DNA of 64,000 nucleotides from a virus: IMG/VR virus record IMGVR_UViG_3300028653_000010; one strand, 5' to 3'. Shown piece by piece: positions 47,357 to 57,200 of this stretch (position 1 is its first letter; each line of letters starts with the position of its first letter). The notes under the pieces were generated by a model. It saw only the letters and a program-made list of their open reading frames with translations, ran no database searches and was not told where the DNA came from. The position numbers and the translations under genes were made by a program.

Positions 47357-48826
47357 TCAAGTCGCAAAGTGAGATTGGATCTGGTCAACCATCCCAGACA
47401 GCTTACGTAGAGCTACGCTGAGAGATGGATCATCAAGGCTTGATGCCTCGATGAGTGTCGCCAACCTTGATGCAATGATGTTCAAGTCTTTTCGGGCAAC
47501 TTCAGTACCCTTCTTTGCACTTGCTTCGACAGTTCTCAAGGTTGACTCAACCTTGGACATCACCGAGTCAGCAAAGGCCTCATTGATGAACGGTACGTCT
47601 GAGGCTGCCAGCTTGTAGTACGTCTCGTTCTTGCTCTGGTCTTTACCCTTGTAGGGGTTTTCAACCTTAGTCGTCTTGGCAACCTCCTCAGAGGCACCAG
47701 CGACAGGAGCTGTACCGACGTCGGTCTCGTCAGCAAGCTTGTAGTAGGTGTCATTGTCGCTCAATGGCTTGCCCTTGTACGGGTCCTGAATACCCGTGTC
47801 TTTGGCAACCTCAGGAGCTGGCCCTGAAACCTCACCCTCACTAGCTGTCTTCGGGGTAACGTCTCCGAAGTCACCATTCTTGATGGATTCCTCGTACCTC
47901 TGGGCTAGCCTATCAGCTAGTGCGTTTTTGAGATCCATTGGGAACATGCTCCTAGGGTTAACTGAGAACTCACGTGCGTAAGCTTTGATTCCGTCTTCAA
48001 TCCAATGCATCCATGCTCTAGGAGCCTGGCTAGCATCGTAGTTGCCAGCTTCAATCTTCCGCTTCAAGTTATTGATTATATTCATCTTTTTCGCGTCCAA
48101 GGATCTTGTATTCTCCATGAACACGTCGAGATCTTCCAAAACATCCTTGTCCACCGCGGCCTGAATGGTCATCCCAGTGACTTCAACTAACAAGTCTGAG
48201 GCTGTCGCGTGGAAGGCAGCTACATCCTCTTCTGTGGCGCAACCACAACCCTCAATCCTCGATACGGTCTCTTCGAGCCCAGCGAGCTTGAAGTAGAAGG
48301 CTTGATTGTCGCTCTGCCCCTTGGGCTCCTTACCAAGCTCAAACACAAGACGCTTCAACGACTCAACAGAGCCCTGAAGCTGCTCACTACTCTGTGACCC
48401 GGAAGCATGCTCTTTGGCAGTTTGCTCAATCAGGGCAATTTGACTCTCAAGCTCAGCAATCTGGGCTCTAATCGCTTCCTTCTGAGCATTTTCAGCGTCC
48501 ATACTAGCGCCTTTATCTGGTTGCGTGACCCCAGAGGACTGGGCAATCACTGAAACAGTTGGAATAAACGGATCACCATAAGCTGCCCATCGAGCACGCT
48601 TAGGTCTCAACATGTCCTCTAAAGCGGACAGATCCACAGCTATGATTGCCTGTTTCTTCTTGAGAAACGTATCAAGCGCTCTACGGCACTGGTAAGAGCC
48701 TCGAACTAGTGAGGATACCAACTTGAGGACAGAGACCGATCCTAGATTGACTCTTCTTCCGTCAGGAAGGTCAACATAATCACGGAAACCATCGGTAGCT
48801 ACTGTTACGAGGGAGTGTTGAGCCAT
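47357..48826 (-). CDS. Multidomain hypothetical protein with a coiled coil and repeated ...YYKLA units
   Basis: Repeats KGQSDNQAFYFKLA / KGKPLSDNDTYYKLA / KGKDQSKNETYYKLA. Confidence 0.7.
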   Translation of the reverse strand: MAQHSLVTVATDGFRDYVDLPDGRRVNLGSVSVLKLVSSLVRGSYQCRRALDTFLKKKQAIIAVDLSALEDMLRPKRARWAAYGDPFIPTVSVIAQSSGVTQPDKGASMDAENAQKEAIRAQIAELESQIALIEQTAKEHASGSQSSEQLQGSVESLKRLVFELGKEPKGQSDNQAFYFKLAGLEETVSRIEGCGCATEEDVAAFHATASDLLVEVTGMTIQAAVDKDVLEDLDVFMENTRSLDAKKMNIINNLKRKIEAGNYDASQAPRAWMHWIEDGIKAYAREFSVNPRSMFPMDLKNALADRLAQRYEESIKNGDFGDVTPKTASEGEVSGPAPEVAKDTGIQDPYKGKPLSDNDTYYKLADETDVGTAPVAGASEEVAKTTKVENPYKGKDQSKNETYYKLAASDVPFINEAFADSVMSKVESTLRTVEASAKKGTEVARKDLNIIASRLATLIEASSLDDPSLSVALRKLSGMVDQIQSHFAT

Positions 48827-48883
48827 CTTCGTCCAAGCGCGCGAGTACTTCGGACTAACTACACTGGACTTGTGACAACAAGA

Positions 48884-49033
48884 TTACTCAAGCTCTAACT
48901 CTTCCCAATCGGGTGGAGGGCATGGGATTGTGTCACTAGCTGGTAGTGACTCAAACTCAAGCTCATATCCAATGGGAGGAGTATCTCCCCTAGCAGGTGG
49001 TTCTGATGTAGTGTAACCGGAGATAAGATACAT
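48884..49033 (-). CDS. Putative acidic, Pro-rich micro-protein (49 aa)
   Basis: Hand translation MYLISGYTTSEPPARGDTPPIGYELEFESLPASDTIPCPPPDWEELELE; fills most of an otherwise empty 217-nt gap. Confidence 0.45.
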   Translation of the reverse strand: MYLISGYTTSEPPARGDTPPIGYELEFESLPASDTIPCPPPDWEELELE

Positions 49034-49043
49034 GGGACACTAA

Positions 49044-49889
49044 TCAGATCCCTAAAAACACTTTCAGCAGGTGGGATACTAGTATATTAGTACCTACAGA
49101 AGGAGAGTACACGAAACCATCATCATACTTCCACTCGGGATTCCCACCAGATAACGCTTCTAGCTCATTCAGAAACGGGACCGCCTTAGGGAGTCCTTCC
49201 CAGGATCTCTCACTTTTCCTAGAGGCTAGCACCTGACGAAGACCATTAACCTCTGGCCCTAATAAGATCCCACGGAGATACCCCTCTCGATAAAGCACCT
49301 CCCAAGCATCAATCGTGAGGGTCAAGGCTTCAGCCAGTACGAACCCATTAGTCCCCACATCAAGTACTCGAACCTCGGGCGCCACCCCTCCAAGGTTAGG
49401 GATCTTACCCTCTGTTAGGTACTCATGAATCCATTGGACCATAGTAGTGATCCGGTCCCCATTCTCACGCTTAGTTAGCTCAGGAGTGAAAAAACGAGGG
49501 AAGGCTTTGAAAAAACCTGAGACAATAGGGTCCAGATGAGAGAGTAGCTGGGGCCCAAACCGATGAGCAAGATCAACCCCGTAGACCAATCCAGGTGTTG
49601 CAGGAAGTATCAAGAGACTTCGATCAAGAAACAAGGCTATCGCTAGGACTGTATCCGGAGCTCGTAACTCAGTGGTTGATAGTGTGAGTGGTAGCTTCGT
49701 ACCGATGATAAGGTCCTCGAACAACCTAGTGAGGGCGCCAGGAGTGAACTGATCAAACCCGTCCCCATGATGCTCATATACTCCAGGTCCTACTTGTTGA
49801 GGGTTTGCACCAGTCTCAAAGCAGACCGACTCTTCACTGAGAGTCGGTACTTCCTGACCTATAGTAACCTGAAATCGTAGCTCTTCCAC
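49044..49889 (-). CDS. Hypothetical protein, possibly a degenerate DHH-like phosphoesterase fold
   Basis: VYEHHG (DHH-like) and PDTVLAIALF segments; weak similarity by eye only. Confidence 0.4.
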   Translation of the reverse strand: MEELRFQVTIGQEVPTLSEESVCFETGANPQQVGPGVYEHHGDGFDQFTPGALTRLFEDLIIGTKLPLTLSTTELRAPDTVLAIALFLDRSLLILPATPGLVYGVDLAHRFGPQLLSHLDPIVSGFFKAFPRFFTPELTKRENGDRITTMVQWIHEYLTEGKIPNLGGVAPEVRVLDVGTNGFVLAEALTLTIDAWEVLYREGYLRGILLGPEVNGLRQVLASRKSERSWEGLPKAVPFLNELEALSGGNPEWKYDDGFVYSPSVGTNILVSHLLKVFLGI

Positions 49890-49907
49890 CCAGTGAGTTA
49901 CACCGAG
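49890..49907 (-). promoter_or_regulatory. CGGTGTA-N9-GTG motif upstream of 49044-49889
   Basis: Minus strand CGGTGTA-ACTCACTGG-GTG; same spacing as at 1123 and 2714; overlaps the upstream stop codon. Confidence 0.5.
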
Positions 49908-50740
49908 ATGTCATCGAGTATCGAAGCGATAACGGCATCGAAGTCTGTGTCAGGAGCCTTCCAAGTACTAGCAGTAACCACCTGAGCAACAACAGGAGCC
50001 TTCTTGCCACAGGTACAATTGCCATTGCAAGTACCACCACAGGTGCACTCGGTCTTCCCACAAGCCCCGTCACATGCTCCACGGTCTTGGAACAAGTCAC
50101 CTTGCAATGAGGCTCTGACCTGCTCACGAAGGACCGCACGGATATCTGGTTCGCCAACTATCTCTGTAGCGTACCGGCGATTCCCAAGACCATGACTCAA
50201 GAGGATCTCGATTACCTTACTAGCTTCTTTGCTCGTAAGGGTCTTGATCTCTTGCTCGTTCACCGGCCACCTAAGATCAGTATCGAGCCACTGCTCTTCA
50301 CTAGCTTTGGCCGCCATAGACATGAGGAACCTGATTTGCTTGTCGGAAGCCGGAGGCCCCTTGGACCCAGGATCAGCGCCACCGCGCTCATCCCAATACT
50401 CAGCCTTCTCCTCATAGAGTTCTAGATACTCTTCAATCTTGTCCTGAAGTAGATTACGCCAATTCTGAGTTCGCTTTACGATTGGAGCTTTCCCGCTAAC
50501 GAGGGGGCGATTAACTCTAGCTCCGAAGAATTGGACTCGAATAGCATCCTTACCCACGCCAGCTGATGCACCCCAAGGTCTAATCGAGGTCCAAACCTTA
50601 ATGACTACAGTCGGGCTCAACTTCAAGTCGTAATAGATCTCCTTGTTCTGCAACCCCTTTTCAGGGCGTAGCGCGCGGAAAGCCCTCTTGAGGAAGGTCT
50701 CCATCTCGGTCCCAGAGATCTCAGTATACTGGGCGGCCAT
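49898..50740 (-). CDS. Hypothetical protein with a DUF3072-like helical hairpin and a metallothionein-like Cys cluster
   Basis: PASDKQIRFL...LTSKEASKVIE motif; CDGACGKTECTCGGTCNGNCTC (7 Cys in 22 aa). Confidence 0.6.
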   Translation of the reverse strand: MAAQYTEISGTEMETFLKRAFRALRPEKGLQNKEIYYDLKLSPTVVIKVWTSIRPWGASAGVGKDAIRVQFFGARVNRPLVSGKAPIVKRTQNWRNLLQDKIEEYLELYEEKAEYWDERGGADPGSKGPPASDKQIRFLMSMAAKASEEQWLDTDLRWPVNEQEIKTLTSKEASKVIEILLSHGLGNRRYATEIVGEPDIRAVLREQVRASLQGDLFQDRGACDGACGKTECTCGGTCNGNCTCGKKAPVVAQVVTASTWKAPDTDFDAVIASILDDISV

Positions 50741-50743
50741 GAC

Positions 50744-53700
50744 TTAGTACTCCTCGATGTGGGCAGGGGTCCAGATCTCTGTAGTGGCAGCTTCTTTAGC
50801 CACTTCCTCGTCGTGATCCGCACCAGGCTTAGGTACATTCTCTCCAGGGGTCAACCCAGCCTGAAAAACGAACGGGCTGATACCCTTACTCATCGGACAA
50901 CTCACTTCGAGGTTTACTGCAGCCCGAGTGAGAGCCACATAGGCCAAGTTCCTCTCTGCCTTCATTCGAGCCATCTCGACAACTGGGTCAGGTGGAGGCT
51001 CATCAGCCTTGGGCTTGCGTTCCATAGGGAAGATACCCTTGGGCATGAGGACCGTCACGTTCTTCCACTGAGCTCCCTTGACCGCATGCACTGTCGACAA
51101 GGAGATAGCCGGTGGCTTGTCCCTTCGAACTGCTGGGTCGAGCTTCTGCTGCTCCTTTTCCCACTTGTCTGGGTCAATTCGGAGAGTCTCAGCGATCTTC
51201 GTATAACGCCCAAGTTTTTGAACAAATCCTTGTGCAACAGCTGGGTCTGTTACATTCGCCTGGTCATGCTCATTGGGTTTCGAGAGAGCAAAGAGGAACT
51301 GGACCGCCCCAAGACCCTTAACCGATTGAGGCTTGGTCTTGGTAGGCATGACACCCTCCTCTCCAAGCTCAGGGGGGATTGATTCCTTGGTCTCGTCTTC
51401 ATCCTCATCATCCTCGTCTTCGGAGTAGACAGCCACATCATTCGTGATCTGCTCTCGAAGGGAGGTGGTCTCAGTTACCGTTCTTCTAGCTGTAGCGTCC
51501 CAGCTCGTGACTGTGGACTTCATGTTGTCGAGTAGGTAATTGAGCAGCTCATCAGTGGGCTTGTTCTCCCCAATGAAGGATCGAAGGTCCCGGACATTAG
51601 CCGCCATCCCTCGAAGGTTGTCGGCCAGCTCATCTACTCTCTTACCAAACATCCACTCGCCCTTGCTTGTATCGCCGCGAGCAAAGGCAATAATCTTGAG
51701 ACGATAGGGCAGTTTCAGCTTTTCGGCCAGCATACGAACGTACCTGGACTCCAAGAGGATGTCAGGTCGAACCGACTTAACATCCACTCGCTCCCGGCGA
51801 GCTACATCGTTGAGGGCTTCATCAACCGCCCTCTCGACGTCATCAGGCCCCATGAATAGAGCACGGTCAGGCTTCATGAGGGCAGCTACGAGGGACTTCT
51901 TCATCTTCTCGTAGTCGTTACCAGCAGCTAGGTCGATGAACCCAAGTACTGCGCGAGACTCGGGGGCCTCCAAGAAGCCCTTCCCTCCCCGTCGAACATA
52001 GGGTATCTCATTGATAATACAGGCAGTTTCGAAGTCATTCAACTCGGCGTTGGTGCGTGCGAGTACCGCGAAGTTCTCAGCGTCCGCCCCCTCATCAATG
52101 TCCCTTCGGTACCGCCCAACAGTCTCAATAGCGGCTTCGACGTTGTCTTCAGGAGTAGATACTTGAATCGAGGCTCGACCTCGGTCCTTGCGCGGGTCCG
52201 CCATCGAGGCAACCACGGTCCCATCACTGTCATGGGCGATGAGTGTGTTGGCCGCTTCCACAATCTCGGGCTGACATCGATAGTTGGTGCGGATGTTCCG
52301 CGTTGTCCAACCATCATCAAGTGCTTGGAACAACTCAGGTTTTGCACCACGAAACTGGTAGATGGCTTGCTTCTCGTCACCCACCATCCAGATCGACTTG
52401 TCCTTTGAGTCTTGAGTAATCTGCTCAGACATCATGGCGAAGATTTGATGCTGGACTGTATTGAGGTCCTGAGCTTCATCGACCAAGATGTGGTCATACA
52501 TGCCCTGGATAGCGGCCTTGGCTTTCGGATCTCTTACTAGGATGTCACGGAGGACCTTCAACATATCGTCGAGATCCCCGAGTCTTTCTCCACCCTTACG
52601 GTTCCGGCTCATGAAGCTCTCGAATGGCTTCGAGGGGTTACATGGAGGGCGCCACCCGGGGATGTCCCCTTTGAGACCCAAATACATCTCGTACCAGATT
52701 ACCGCCTGAGCTTCCGCTTTGGAGGTTACCGAAGCCTTAGCTTGTTCGAGGGTGACGTCGTTACCGCGCCACGCATTGAGGAGCAGGTTTGCCTTCTTGG
52801 CCTTGGGGGGCTCAGTCACCCAAGACCGCGGGTATCCATACTTCGAGACCAAGGAGTCTGGTCCGCACTCGGTCCACATGTTGCGGATAGCTTGGGACAG
52901 AGAAGCTGGGTTGATACTTTTCACTCCCCTGCCAGTCGGAGCAATGAGCCTGGGCGCGCGGAGCATATCTTGCTCCTCCCGTGTCCCAAAGCCTGGGGTG
53001 TCTCGGGTCCCGACGATCAGTTTCGCGAATAGCGAATGCATCGTCCCGACCTGGATTCCAGAAGCCCCCTCACCGACCTTCTTAGCGATCTTGTCCTTCA
53101 GCTCATTGGCCGCTTTACGGTTGAAGGAACATGCCATGACCCGCGCCGGGTTAACCCGACCATCCTTCACAAGGAAGTCAATACGCGCGACCAGGGTTGT
53201 GGACTTACCGGAGCCAGCCCCGGCAGCCACCCGTACTCGACCCCCGGTGAGGGCTGCAGCTCGTTGCTCATCATCCAGCTCTCGGAGTGGAATGGGAATA
53301 TTCTGGATGAGGTTGGGGTCGCTGATAGCCGCCACGGCTGCCGCTGTCGCAATACCAACCACCTTGGACTCTTTTGGAGGATCATCCGGTATATTGTTGA
53401 CTTCCAAGGACTTCCGAGCCGCATCTGTAGCATTGGCTTGGACTTTGGTGAGCATCAAGGATCTAGATTGTTGTTCGTCCCGACTTGTTTGCGCACCCTG
53501 CTCGGCAACCTCTTTAATACTAGTAGTATTGATCTCATTCGAGGCAGCAACTTCATTTGAAGCGCTATCTACTGGGGTTGGAGCATACTCACCTGACCCC
53601 GCCTGCTTAGCAGCAGCGTCGATCCAACTCCGCATCCGGAGGTTGATCAACGGGATAGCATCGAAGATATCAAGAGCCTTGTCTGCATCCTCTAACATTG

Positions 53701-54148
53701 AGGCAGAGATTGCAGCCTTGACCTGTCGAACATACTTGGGGTTATCCAAGATACCCTTGACAGTCTGGGCCCCACCTCTAGTGAGAAGCGTTCGGAACTG
53801 TAGCGCGCGTCGAGCTGCCCCCGCGGGGTTGAACACCTTCAAGTTCAGAGCCCGGCGCAACATGGTCTTCTGAGACTCTTTGGATAGGTGTGTCTCCAGA
53901 TACTCTCGATACTGATCGATCTGAGTATCTGCCATTCGAAGGATCTTGAGACCCCGTCTGATTAGGGCGTCTTCAACATCATCAACCCCAGAAGTTTCCT
54001 CAGCGTACCGTTCATAGGTATCAAGAGCCAGGAGAAAAATGATGTATTCAGCTACCTGAAACTCACCGATCTCCAGGTCATCATCATTCTCGGGCTCATT
54101 GATTGCTACCTTTTTGGTGATCGGGATTAGCATGCCTTCAATTCCCAC
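50744..54148 (-). CDS. uvrD: UvrD/PcrA-family SF1 DNA helicase with a ~290-aa N-terminal extension
   Basis: Motifs: I AGAGSGKST, Ia SFNRKAANEL, II ILVDEAQD, III VGDEKQAIYQFRGA, IV NYRC, IVa AVLARTN, V STVHAVKG, VI ERNLAYVALTRA. Alternative start ATG 54133. Confidence 0.93.
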   Translation of the reverse strand: MGIEGMLIPITKKVAINEPENDDDLEIGEFQVAEYIIFLLALDTYERYAEETSGVDDVEDALIRRGLKILRMADTQIDQYREYLETHLSKESQKTMLRRALNLKVFNPAGAARRALQFRTLLTRGGAQTVKGILDNPKYVRQVKAAISASMLEDADKALDIFDAIPLINLRMRSWIDAAAKQAGSGEYAPTPVDSASNEVAASNEINTTSIKEVAEQGAQTSRDEQQSRSLMLTKVQANATDAARKSLEVNNIPDDPPKESKVVGIATAAAVAAISDPNLIQNIPIPLRELDDEQRAAALTGGRVRVAAGAGSGKSTTLVARIDFLVKDGRVNPARVMACSFNRKAANELKDKIAKKVGEGASGIQVGTMHSLFAKLIVGTRDTPGFGTREEQDMLRAPRLIAPTGRGVKSINPASLSQAIRNMWTECGPDSLVSKYGYPRSWVTEPPKAKKANLLLNAWRGNDVTLEQAKASVTSKAEAQAVIWYEMYLGLKGDIPGWRPPCNPSKPFESFMSRNRKGGERLGDLDDMLKVLRDILVRDPKAKAAIQGMYDHILVDEAQDLNTVQHQIFAMMSEQITQDSKDKSIWMVGDEKQAIYQFRGAKPELFQALDDGWTTRNIRTNYRCQPEIVEAANTLIAHDSDGTVVASMADPRKDRGRASIQVSTPEDNVEAAIETVGRYRRDIDEGADAENFAVLARTNAELNDFETACIINEIPYVRRGGKGFLEAPESRAVLGFIDLAAGNDYEKMKKSLVAALMKPDRALFMGPDDVERAVDEALNDVARRERVDVKSVRPDILLESRYVRMLAEKLKLPYRLKIIAFARGDTSKGEWMFGKRVDELADNLRGMAANVRDLRSFIGENKPTDELLNYLLDNMKSTVTSWDATARRTVTETTSLREQITNDVAVYSEDEDDEDEDETKESIPPELGEEGVMPTKTKPQSVKGLGAVQFLFALSKPNEHDQANVTDPAVAQGFVQKLGRYTKIAETLRIDPDKWEKEQQKLDPAVRRDKPPAISLSTVHAVKGAQWKNVTVLMPKGIFPMERKPKADEPPPDPVVEMARMKAERNLAYVALTRAAVNLEVSCPMSKGISPFVFQAGLTPGENVPKPGADHDEEVAKEAATTEIWTPAHIEEY

Positions 54149-54211
54149 GTTATGGACGTACTACAACCAAAGCCAACCCACAAGGGATTTATGCTAGAGT
54201 CCGCATACGAC

Positions 54212-54243
54212 AAGGCTCCTCAGTGTTACCACCAAGGAGCCTT
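54212..54243 (-). terminator. Hairpin with a GNRA loop after the sheath gene (terminator or mRNA-stabilising stem)
   Basis: Minus-strand RNA AAGGCUCCUUGGUG-GUAA-CACUGAGGAGCCUU: 14 bp including two G-U pairs that form only on the minus strand; the U tract is weak. Confidence 0.7.
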
Positions 54244-54261
54244 CAGTCATTGCCTGGACTA

Positions 54262-57200
54262 TCAGATCCTGGCGCGCAGGTTGAAGGTCAAGACGAGGTA
54301 CAACAGCGGGAATATCGGCTGGTAGTACGCTTCGGCGTTCAGAGTAGTTGGGTCATTAGGGTCGACCGTGGCCGAGATGCCAGTGAAGGCAGCCACAATC
54401 TCCTGTTGAATCAACTGCTTGAACAACGAAGTCATGCTGACTTCGACTTCATTGGTCCTGCTGGCGAGGAACTTCGTACCTACGAAGGCATCGAGGACCG
54501 ACCTCGAACTAATCGAAACGTAGTCGGCGATCTGGGTCACTGTCGGCAACCGAGTCAGGACCGACGTCATGTTGGTCGTGAGACCCTGACGAACCCTGAT
54601 GATAGGCTGCAGATCTTCTAGAACCGTGATACCAGCGACGGCCGTTTGATTGGCCTCCACCGGGTCCATGATCCTCGGGATTCGAGTGAACCCTTGGAGC
54701 TGCCTATGAGTGTACGGGGTTGCAACGTCAACCGCCGGTGAGCAGACCGCACCAGCCATGGCCGCCGCGTAGAAGGTCCCGTCAACCAAGGACTCGAAGG
54801 TGTTGCCCAACTCATCCGTGAAGGTAACCACAGAGGAGTCTGGGTAGAAAGCCACGATTCTTGAACTGAAGAGGCCCTTTGCGACTGACTGAGCTGTGGT
54901 CGGAGAGGTCCCACTTGCAAAGCCAATCATACCCATTCGCTCGGACTGGTTGCGGATATTCGACATTACCTCACAATGCTGAGTCAAAGCCGAGTAAACC
55001 GCAGTGTCAGTGCTCAGGGGTACGAGGACATCGGGCTTGACATTCCCTGGTAGGGGAGTTGCCAGACCTTGGATAGCCGTGATGAACGAGGAGGCTGCCG
55101 CTTGGTTCGTGTTCGGAACCTTTAGCACCTGGGTGATTCCCACCAAGACTGCACCGTTGAGGATCGCCAAGTACGCGCCCAAGACTACTCGGTTCTCAGC
55201 ATTGAGTTGACCGTAGTTTGCTTCGATGGTCTTGAACGTGGTGAAGATCCGCGTCGAGAAGTCCTGCTTCATGTAGCGGTACGAGATGTAGTAGTAGTCA
55301 CCGTTCTTCGGCTCGAGACCAGACGGGTTGAAGGTCTGGACATTTGCCGTGTCATTCACCCCAACATTCACAGTATTGGTGACGATAGTCTCCAAACCAG
55401 GGATGTAGTAGTACGGGATTCCAGGGTTAACCTGGAAGGTCTGGGAGATGACGAGGGTGAAAGTACCACCACTTGCATACTGAGTAGTGGACGGGAGGAT
55501 GCTGAACCTCAAACCAGTACGGGAATCCGTATAGGTCTGTCCTGGGAACCCAGTACCTGACGAACCATTTGGATTCGAGGAGGTGACTACGAAGTTGTTG
55601 GTAGCACTCTCCCCATTGTCGCCAGAGGTCCCTGGTACAATCCCAGTCCCAGTTGTCGTGTTGAACGCCGACTGAGTACCCCCAACGAACCCAACGCTCG
55701 ATGCCGTTGCGCCAGTAGTGAGTGACTCAATAGTCAGATAGGTCTGACTATTGATGACATCCGGATAGGCGACACAACCTGTCGTATTTGGAGAAGGAGC
55801 TACGTGACCAACAGTTCCTGGAGTTCCCCAGTTTGTAACGGCAAACCCCGTTGTATCCATGAGGCGATCAACCACCTCTTGAACACTCACCAAGGTCTGA
55901 CTAGCAAACTCACCCTCGGTGAACCCGAGAAGCTCATTGGCTGTACCGTCCTGAATCAACAAGGTAGATTGAGGAGAGCCGTCTACACTGGTGATTCTGA
56001 GCTTGTTCAAGTTCCCCAGAGTTCCGACCGAAGCCGTACCCTGAGAGCCAATGACCAAGTTGACAGCCGTTACAACCGCGCTAGTTGCTACGGAAGCACC
56101 GTTTGGTAGAGTGACCTGAAAGTCAACTCCGTTGACTCGAATCTTGAAGATATCGTTCAGGCCAGCAGTGATATTGAAGGTTCCAGGAACTGAACCAATC
56201 AATGTTGCCGGCTTATCGAGGGCACCTACAGTACCAGCAGCAGTCTGGAACGTAGTGAACCCAAGGAGGGTCTCAGCAGTACCCTGATTGATGGTGACGT
56301 TACTGTTATGGTCGAGACCACCTGGGACCGAAGCCGGAGTTGAGTACCCTCGGATTACGAAGAAGGTGCTCGTCGAGCCTGGCCCTGGGATGGCCGTGAA
56401 CAGGTCGTTGGCTGCTGTACTTGAGAAAGCCACATTAGCATCAATGACTGCATTGACTGCTACTGCTACTGCCGCCGGAGTAATCACACCAGCAGGAAGT
56501 GAAACCGTGAGGGCCACTCCGTCGATAGTGAGATTAAAGGTGGCTCCACCTACTGGGATAGTAATGTTACCACCAGTTAGTGGTACAGCCTGACTAACCA
56601 AGTAAGCTCGGGTAGACCCTGACAACAGGGTTGAAATCGTAGTTCCGTTTACAGAGGTCCTCCAAGTATCGGAGGCGCCCACGTAGAAGGAATAGGGTTG
56701 AGCACCGAGGTTCGTGTAGACCGCATTCCGGGCCACTGCTTGACCGAAGGTGACCGTGACAGTCTCGCTCACGGGGGTTCCACCGACATGCATGGCGTCC
56801 GGGATCTGCTCAACACCACGAGGCCACTGGACGATCTGAGTCAGACCTCCACCCTTGGTACCAAAGCGAATCTGGTACAGGTTCTTGTTGAACAAGGACG
56901 AGAAGACCTCGTACTGACCAACCCCAAGAGGTCCTGGGACCTTGTTGGTCAGGATGTAGGTGTCGTCCGTGATCCTGTTGTAGTAGAAGGTAGCGAAGAC
57001 AGTCCAGTCCGGAGGAAGAGCATTCTTGAGAGTGATTTTCCGGTTGGGCCCGTCCACAGAGAGGACGGTAGCCGCTGGACGCCCTAGAGCGTCTTCGAGG
57101 TTCCGACCAACCCTAGCCACAATAAGGTCTGGACGATTCGTAATGAGGTCCTGACGGTTGTTGGCTACTGAGCTGTATAGGGACTGCCCGAGAACACTGT

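Noticed and set aside
52719-53873. 384-aa plus-strand ORF
   Set aside because: Antisense shadow of the UvrD gene; no motifs, no RBS and no plus-strand operon context.
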